Shown: piece after piece, positions 7,433 to 14,671 of the stretch
Numbering within the stretch: position 1 is the first letter of the stretch
How the letters are laid out: the number at the start of each line of letters is the position of its first letter
NCBI GenBank assembly: GCA_963801355.1
Contig: CAWDEM010000001.1
Location: 1-14,671, forward strand
Reading direction: 5' to 3'
Source: Ignavibacteriota bacterium
Lineage (GTDB): Bacteria > Bacteroidota > Ignavibacteria > UBA10030 > UBA6906
DNA: 14,671 bases
Notes under the pieces: generated by a model
Databases searched by the model: none
Told to the model about the DNA's origin: nothing
What the model saw: only the letters and a program-made list of their open reading frames with translations
Translations under genes and position numbers: made by a program

Positions 7433-8588
7433 TCAACCGACATGCATCTTCACGCACTGCATTATGGCCTCTACTACGCGTCCAAGCTGCGCCTCGCTTA
7501 ATCCTGATCCCGAAGGAAGACAGAGGCCGTGTTTGAAAATATCTTCCGACATCGATCCTCCAACGCATGGACACTGTACATAGACCGGCTGCATATGCAT
7601 TGGCTTCCACACGGGGCGGGACTCGATGTTCTTTCCTTCCAGATGTAACCGCAATTCCTCGTTGCTTACACCGAGTTGCGTTGGATCGATCGTGAGACAC
7701 GTTAACCAGCAGTTCGATTTTCCGTAGGGTGCTTCGGGCATGAATGTGACACCAGGGAGTCCAGCAAGGGCGTCTCTATAGAAACAGTTGATCTCGCGCC
7801 GGCGCGCAACTTTCTCTTCAATCCTTTCAAGTTGCGCTCTGCCAATCGCCGCAAGGATATTGCTCAAGCGGTAGTTGTATCCTACCGACGTGTGTTGGTA
7901 GTATGGCACTGGATCACGACCTTGTGTCGCAAAGTACCGTGCTCTCGTAATGTACTCTCCATTCTGAGACATAAGCATACCACCACCGCTCGTGGTAATT
8001 ATCTTGTTCCCGTTGAAGGAAAACACACCCATCTCGCCGAACGAACCGGCTGCTTTCCCTTTGTACGTCGCTCCCACAGCTTCAGCTGCATCTTCGACGA
8101 CCGGAACACTATACTCTTCACAAACCTTGAGAATAGGATCGTAGTCTGCTGTCTGCCCGTAGAGATCTACCACGAGAACCGCCCGCGGCAATTTCCCCCG
8201 TCTTCCTCCGTCGATGGAGCTCCTCAGCCAGCAACGAAGGATCCATGTTCCACGTCGACGCATTGCTATCGACAAAGACGGGCTTGGCCCCGCAGTACGT
8301 TATAGCATTCGCAGTCGCAACAAATGTCAGATCCGAGCAGATTACCTCATCGCCGGATTCGACTCCGAGATTCAGCAGTGCCAGATGCAGCCCTGCCGTT
8401 CCGCTCGCCAACGCTAACGCGGCCTGAATGCTGTAACGCGAACAAACTTCCCGTTCGAAGGCCTCAACGTGCGGGCCGAGAGTCGTGATCCAGTTCGAAT
8501 CAAATGCATCCAGGAGCAGCTCCTTTTCTCTCCCATTGAGATGCGGTGGGGAGAGGTAGATGCGATCTTGAGTGTGGTCAGTGTTCAT
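7433..8588 (-). CDS. pglE: DegT/DnrJ/EryC1/StrS PLP-dependent sugar aminotransferase (PglE/EpsN type); one frameshift in the C5 run at 8195-8199
   Basis: ORF 8118..8633 gives 'IYLSPPHL...SNWITTLGPHVEAFE...ASGTAGLHLAL...TFVATANAITYCGAKPVFVD'. ORF 7433..8275 gives 'VVDLYGQ...VVEDAAEAVG...FSFNGNKIITTSGGGM (PLP Lys)...GYNYRLSN...ESRPVWKPMHMQP...LCLPSG'. Deleting one G joins RKTG-KLPRAV. Confidence 0.93.
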
Positions 8589-8721
8589 TGTGGTACGAAG
8601 AGTAGTGAGGAATGTCGAATAAATCAATAGCAAGCTGCATTTTCTCGATCATAGGTGTATCATTCCCAACTGGTTTGGAAGTATTGGATGCTGGGTCGTG
8701 TCTTGATAGCTTTGATTCTTC

Positions 8722-8732
8722 AATATACCACA
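8722..8732 (-). promoter_or_regulatory. Possible extended -10 promoter for the aminotransferase
   Basis: Minus strand TGTGGTATATT (TGn-TATATT) about 135 nt upstream of ATG 8588; -35 box weak. Confidence 0.3.
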
Positions 8733-8909
8733 AATGGTCGTCATCTTCTATGGACGCAAAAAAGTCGCCGGATGAGTCTTGGCAGAATCCAGCCTCCAAC
8801 TTAACTGCTCTCGAAGAAACACTGGCAGGAAGTGCACCCCTGTTTCGTAGGCTCCATTCAGGGGTAAAATCGATCCAACGAGCCCTTTCCATTTGTGCCT
8901 TTCGGGACT

Positions 8910-9651
8910 CTACGCGATTTTCAGCCAGACAGAAGCAGTCTCTGTTCCGCGCCCGCGCTGTTGCTGGAATAGGTAACCAGCCCACGTAACCGGACTCAGG
9001 GCTCCACAGACTCCCCGACGCACGCGCTCGGCGAGTAGCGAGAATGAAATATCATGGCACAGGGCGGTCAGTGGTCCGATGAAAGTGCAATATCTGATCA
9101 GTTTGTGCGGTATGAGTCCGTGGAGGTCACGTAGTGAGTATCCTCGGCGCACGTGTCCCCATTCTTTGAAGAGCATTTCCTCGGAGGGACAAATGCTGGC
9201 GAAGGAACCGGTAGTAGGGATACCGCCAGGATTCGTTTGGCGAGCTCAGCAGAAGATAGCCCGCAGGGCGAAGCACCCGGAGGGCCTCCGCAATGGCTTG
9301 CTTATCATCCGCAATGTGTTCGAGGAGATCAAACATGGTCACCGCGTCGAAATGTCCGATCTGGAAAGGGCAGATTCTCCGCCTTGACCGCAGACAAATG
9401 TCACTCTTGACTGGCGATTGCAGGGTGCGGCTGCATACTGTGGATTGAAGTCGATGTTCCACACGCTCTGCAGAAGGATACAACAGAGCGGTCAGACCAC
9501 TTTGCCCACCTCCGACCTCCAGGATCCGCTGGAGTGCATCGTCTGGAGCAACCCTGTGGATCGCGCGCATCTTTTCCCTGTAGAAGAATCCTAACGTATA
9601 AGGGTAGGGATAGGGATTCTGGGAAAGGAACTTCCTCAGCTGCTCTTTCAT
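8910..9651 (-). CDS. Class I SAM-dependent methyltransferase (Methyltransf_11-like); about 4 single-base insertions
   Basis: MKEQLRKFL...; motif I 'RILEVGGGQSGL'; reconstructed 'VNIDFN...TFVCGQAENLPFPDGHFDAVTMFDLLEHIADDKQAIAEALRVLRPAGYLLLSSPN'; C-terminal 'EWGHVRRGYS' in ORF 8910..9176. Extra bases at about 9459, 9382, 9358 and 9198. Confidence 0.85.
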
Positions 9652-9677
9652 CAGCGGATCCGATTTTCCTCCAAGTG

Positions 9678-11031
9678 TCAGAATTCTTCTGGCAGGCGTT
9701 GAGGATGACCCGCCTGCGTGCGATGGTGTGAGATGCTGAACGACCGTCGGAAGCAATAGTACACACAACCGGAAAAACACCCCAAGGATCTGGATGAACA
9801 GCATTTGGTGCCTCGGTTTGAACCCGTGGAGCCACCAACTCAGGGAGGTCTTGAGGTAGTGCCAGCGGGAGTACGATCAGGAGTCGAACAAGATTCCCCC
9901 AGTGCCGGTATTTTTCGAATTGCACAAGCAACGCCACGACATGCCCACGCATATACGCGTACATCTGTTTTCTGAGCTCTTCGATGCCCCGGCGGTGGTA
10001 GTGATATACAACTGCCATTGGTTCATATTGGCATTCCCACCCCTCCGCCAGGATCCTATACCAGAATCTCCGAATCCTCACTGCATCCCGACGCTCCAGC
10101 GCCGAGACGTTCATCAAAGTAGCCCACTATTTCGAATGCCTTCCTCCGGAAGGCCATATTTGCCCCAGCTCCGATGCACCAAACTGGCGCTGCCGTAGCT
10201 CTTTCGTCTGCGTGAGGAAATCGGGACCATAGTTCACCGCTGCGATACCCCCATGGAGGCCCTCCTATACCTCGTTGAAATCGGACTTGCGCCTCGGTTC
10301 GCAATTCGCCCGGAAGAACGAGGCCGGTCACCGCAAGTGTTCGTGGGGTTTCAAATGCGGCAACTATCCTTGTCAACCAGTGCGGATGGACAACGACATC
10401 ATCATCGGTGAAGGCGATGATATCACCGCTGCAAGCAGCGCGACGCCGGTGTTCCTTGCGGTACTCAGGCCACCCTGAGGCTCACGTACGTAACGAATCC
10501 CCGAGAAGCTTGAAACCACATCCCGGGTCGCAGTTGTTGCAGGATCCATTGTCCACGACAACGACTTCTTCAGGCAACTCAACGAGGCCGAGTCATGCCG
10601 TTGAGACACCGGTCCAACTCCTCTGGACGATCGCGGGTACAAACGACAACCGAGACCCCCCATCTTTTCGTCCTGACTGTGGAGAGAGACAGCCTATTCC
10701 TACCATTCGTTTCAGCGGATTGTTCAATGAAGCTACCTCTGCAAGGTCGGGCGGATCCGGAGGGGCGTCCTTGCGTACCGGCAGAGGTGCATGAAAACCT
10801 TTCTTGAGGATGCGATCGCCAACGGCGGGAGTAATAGCCCTGACAACCAGGCGCAGGAGTTCCTGAGAAGAAAGAGGGAGAGAGGTCCGTAGGGATTTCC
10901 AACTGGCCAAGGGGGATATCTCCGTGCCAGAGGAACACCAGGGTTGGACCATGGCCTTCTCGGATGGCACGAGTAGGTATCATTCGTCAGATCCAAATCG
11001 GATTATCGTCCACGGGGATAAACGACTTCAT
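9678..11031 (-). CDS. Glycosyltransferase family 2 with N-terminal extension; multiple frameshifts
   Basis: Pieces across frames: 'VSVVVCTRDRPEELDRCL', 'VVVVDNG', 'IRYVREPQGGLSTARNTG', 'IIAFTDDDVVV' (DxD), 'VTGLVLPGELRTEAQ', 'IGAGANMAFRR', 'FDERLGAGASGCSEDSE', 'YEPMAVVYHYHR'. ATG at 11031 overlaps the upstream stop (ATGA). Ends are reconstructed. Confidence 0.85.
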
Positions 11032-12269
11032 GGAAACTCTCTGTCGGATCTTCTTGAACCCGCCGCAGGGAGCGATCGTACTCCCCCGCACAGACCCACC
11101 GCGCCCCCGACCAGTTCAGCCAGCACGAAGTCCGGACGAAATTCTCTCTTGCCTTTCAGCCCACGGAGAAAATAGAAGTGTTTGATAGCGCATCCACCAG
11201 AGGATAAGCCTGAGGATCTTTTTCCGTTCGGTGGGATCTGTCCGATACGCCTTCGCGACAAACGACATCATCCCAAGCCCCCAGCTCTTGTACTGACGGC
11301 GCAGGTCGGATATCTCACGCCGATGCTCGTGAAAGACCAGGTAGCGCGGCTCATACACCAAAGTGTACCCCGACCGGACGATTCTGTAGAACATGTCAAG
11401 ATCTCCGCCTCCAGGGAGTGGTGGACCGGTGTCCAGGGCCTCATCGAATCCGCCGATGCGCTCAAGGACGTCCCTCGCGAATGCCATGTTCGCTCCCGCG
11501 CCAAACATCCCGGCCCCAGCCGGATAGAGGGGGCCAACGGCATCTTCTGTCCGAAGACGATGCGCTCGAAGCCTCTTCGGAAACCTCCTCGCTTTTCAAA
11601 GAGAAGCTGCGCCTCGGTTTCAAGCTTATGTGGCAGCACCAAACCCGTGAAACCTGCAGCGGTCGGACAGGCCCGATACGCCTCCGAGAGCCCCTGGAGC
11701 CAACCCCGGTCTACCACTACATCATCATCGAGATACGCAACAATGCCTGCCTGTCGCTTCCTGCCACGCTCGATTGCGCGCAAAGTCCAGACCGGTTTCA
11801 TCTCACATACATACCGTACTCCGGGGAATTCGTCGGACGATCTTTTTCGTCTGACCGGTCGCTCGGCGCATTGTCAACAACCAGAATGCTGAGATGCAAC
11901 GATGGAAATCCGTCAGGAAGGAACGACATCCCGAAGGGACGCCAGGCACCGGGCGACGTTCGACCGGGCGGTCGTGCGTACAGATGACGGCTGTCACTGA
12001 TGGGGGGTCGATCTCCGGCGGTACGAGGCTATGAGTTCCTCGCGAATGGCCTCGGCCAGGATCTGTTTCCCCGCATGCAATGCAATGAGCTCGTGCCAAG
12101 GCGCCCTCCCCTCCATCCGTAAGGACATCCTCAGGCAGAAGAAATCCGACGGGCCTACCTTTCCAACGGATCAACATGGCACAGCCGTGGTCAAGCGCAC
12201 AAGGAGGGAGTTGCGGCAGCGATCCGTAACTTCAACATCGAATATCGGAAAACCCATGTACGTTCGCAT
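11028..12269 (-). CDS. Glycosyltransferase family 2 with N-terminal extension; multiple frameshifts
   Basis: RBS AAAGGGG then ATG at 12269; 'SVTAVICTHDRP', 'LVVDNAPSD', 'GLDFARNR', 'VAYLDDDVVVDRGWL', 'TGLVLPHKLETEAQLLFE', 'FGAGANMAFAR', 'GGFDEALDTGPPLPGGGDLDMFYR', 'YEPRYLVFHEHRR'. Confidence 0.87.
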
Positions 12270-12279
12270 GAACCCCTTT

Positions 12280-14081
12280 TCATTGGAGGATGTTGCGGTA
12301 TTGTAGCTTATAGAGTTTCGCAAAGAGGCCATTGAGTTCCAGCAAGGTTTGAACTGTCCCCTGCTCGCGGAGCTCTCCTTTATCAAGGACAGCAATATGA
12401 TCAGCCCGTTTTACCGTCGAAAGTCGATGGGCAATGACAACGACCGTTTTTTGCTGGCCGAACTCCTCAAGTGCTTCTTGCACTAGATGTTCGGCAATGC
12501 TGTCGAGCTGATTCGTGGCTTCATCGAGAATAAGGACATCAGGATCACGAACGATGGCCCGTGCCAAGGTGATTCGTTGCTGTTGGCCACCCGAGAGTAG
12601 CACTCCACGATTGCCGACTTGACTGTCGTACCCTTCCGGCAACTTCATTATGAAATCATGGGCTTGCGCTCTCTTGGCTGCATCGACAATCTCATCATAG
12701 GTGGCGTCCGTCTTGCCATAGGCGATATTCTCACGTACTGTCGCATTGAGAACATATGAATCCTGGCTGACCAACGCCAAACGATTGCGCCACGATGTCA
12801 AATCAAGGTCGCGTAATGGAATCCCATCGACAGCTATTTCTCCCTGCTGGACGTCGTAGAAGCGAAACAGAAGATTTATCAAAGTGGACTTGCCTGCACC
12901 GGAAGGGCCCACGAGTGCCGTTGTCTTGTGAGCTGGTATCGTGAGCGAGACATTCGTTCAAAGCCGGAGCTGAACCAGGGTCATAGCGAAACGTAACGGA
13001 AGAGAGAGAGATACCGGAGTTGAGGCCTCTGAACGGAGTCTTGCCGGAAACAGTGTACGGTTTGTCTGATCGGTCTGAGAAATGACATCACTGCTTCTAC
13101 TCCGGCAGAGAGTGACAACAGGCTCATCCTCGATCCGTCAAGCGCCTTCACGGTGGGCTGCAACCGATAGAGCAGAAAAACGAACACAAGACCCTGCGCG
13201 AGACTGCCTGTGGCTTGCAGGCTGCATGTAGGCCAAGGCCCCGGCGAGAAGTGCCATAGAAAGCACATCATGCAAAGGGCTCACAGCCCCTCCGACAATC
13301 CCGAGTTTCAGGAATGTTTGGCTCACTTCTTGAGACGCACAATCAAACCGATTCTTCTCATACTGTTCTCGTCCGAAGGCCCTGATCAGCTTCATGCCCC
13401 ACAAACCTTCGAGCATCCGGTCTGTTAATATGGAGTTTGCCAGCGTCGCACGATCGCCAAGCTTCTTGACACGTTGCGAAAACGACCGCACAATGAACGA
13501 AATAGCGACCATTGCAGCTCCGACAACGACCGTCAACTGCCAAGAGATCAGGAGAAGGAAAGCAGCATATACGACGAATGTGCAGCAAGTGGTTATCATT
13601 CCGACCAGAACCGAAAGGGCCTGGCCCGTGCGCCAGGTCTCCGTGGCAAGTGTGTTGAGCAGAGTCCCGGTCTGGCTCCGCTCCAGGTACTGGTAGCTCA
13701 CGCACAAGAGTTGGTCAAAGATCCCCGACCGCAACCGGTGCCCAACGCGTGCATCAAGCCAGGAAACCATCACCCCGCTCAGGTAAGCAGCAAGAACGCG
13801 GATGATGACGGAAAGAATGATAAACCCCGCTATCACCGGGAATACGGCTTGTCGCTGGAACGTCGCGGAAAAAGGCGGACAGCCAGTCGATGAGCCATTG
13901 ACCCGTCGCAGAATCAGAAGCGGTTTTACCGAGGCTGTTGACAGAGCGGTATGAATAGTCCGATGCCGATACCTTCCGTCAGGGACGAGAACACACCGAG
14001 CATCACAATGAACGTGAGCGCCCAAGGGTACCAACCGATTATCGGCATGAGTCTACGAATGATTTGAATTTCCTGCTTCAT
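12280..14081 (-). CDS. ABC exporter, fused TMD-NBD half-transporter (MsbA/HepA/PglK-like); several frameshifts
   Basis: N-terminus MKQEIQIIRRLMPIIGWYPWALTFIVMLGVFSSLTEGIGIGLFIP from ATG 14081; TMD pieces in ORFs 13138..14034 and 12981..13271; NBD with Walker A GPSGAGKST, Q-loop VSQD, signature LSGGQQQR, Walker B LILDEAT, H-loop IAHRLST. Confidence 0.92.
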
Positions 14082-14671
14082 GAGTTCTCGGATCTCCAAC
14101 GCCTCTGATGTTCCTCATGCGAAGGTTGTGGATCGTGTCAAATACGGAGGACCGATTGCCTGGTGGACCCGCCCCTTTGATCTTCTCTCTCCGTGCAGCC
14201 TCTTTGAGGGACTCTCCCAAGGTCTCGATGACCACGAGAAGTCTCTTCCCGGCTTGCACGAGTGTTTGCGACCCGGCCGCCCCTAGACATCACAGTCAGG
14301 ACTGATCGGAGAAATGGTCTTATGATGCTTGAAGGAGAGACAGACGAAATGGATCCTTCATGAATGATCGGAGAAGATAGACTAAGGCTTTCCCATGTTG
14401 ACCTTTTCGGGAGGCCATACCACAGAGGTAGTGAAAGTAATTGGCCTTGGACCACCGAAGGACTGAATGCATCCATGAAGGGAGTGTGCTTTTTTGTGCC
14501 CCGATGACAAGTTGCCATGACCTCTCCATCGACCGATAGTCCCCGGACATGTTTTCCCCATGAACACGGTATCCGACAAGGTACTCAGGCACGACACGAG
14601 AATTCCCGATGTCGCGCAATTCTTAGGTACAGATCCCAGTCTTCGCTTCCCTGAGCATTCTTCTCTCGATA
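14078..14671 (-). CDS. Glycosyltransferase family 2, C-terminal part (5' end outside the window); frameshifted
   Basis: Minus strand from the window edge reads YREKNAQGSEDWDLYLRIARHREF, then VVPEYLVGYRVHGENMSGDYRSM (GT2 ED-W-D motif). Stop is either 14078 (ATGA overlap with the ABC gene) or 14053. Confidence 0.8.

Noticed and set aside
8195-8199. G5 tract at the pglE frameshift as a phase-variation site
   Set aside because: Five bases is short for slipped-strand switching, and similar +1 errors occur throughout the window.
11182-11987. Long plus-strand ORFs (236 aa, 189 aa) and other antisense ORFs such as 1118-1603, 4812-5222 and 7832-8305
   Set aside because: Shadow ORFs opposite well-supported genes in GC-rich DNA, with no recognisable motifs.

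Overview
Bacterial chromosomal segment of moderately high GC; an FCB/Ignavibacteria-like origin is only an impression. Almost all genes lie on the minus strand. The right half (8.9-14.7 kb) is a tightly coupled glycan operon: partial GT2, an MsbA/HepA/PglK-like ABC exporter, two paralogous GT2 glycosyltransferases and a class I SAM methyltransferase. It is followed by a PglE/EpsN-type sugar aminotransferase, a small double-zinc-ribbon gene behind a sigma54-like promoter, and a PglF/CapD-type dehydratase. The dehydratase has its own CRP-like site, a sigma70 promoter, a hairpin-rich leader and a 29-codon upstream ORF. The left part holds a divergent conserved hypothetical gene, a secreted two-subunit M16B zinc peptidase (the second subunit has a 7x7-bp repeat in its signal-peptide region) and a secreted beta-barrel-like hypothetical protein. 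Many genes are broken by single-base indels, mostly +1 insertions, that become denser toward the right end. These look more like long-read or low-coverage errors than real pseudogenisation. No rRNA, tRNA, CRISPR or mobile element was seen.
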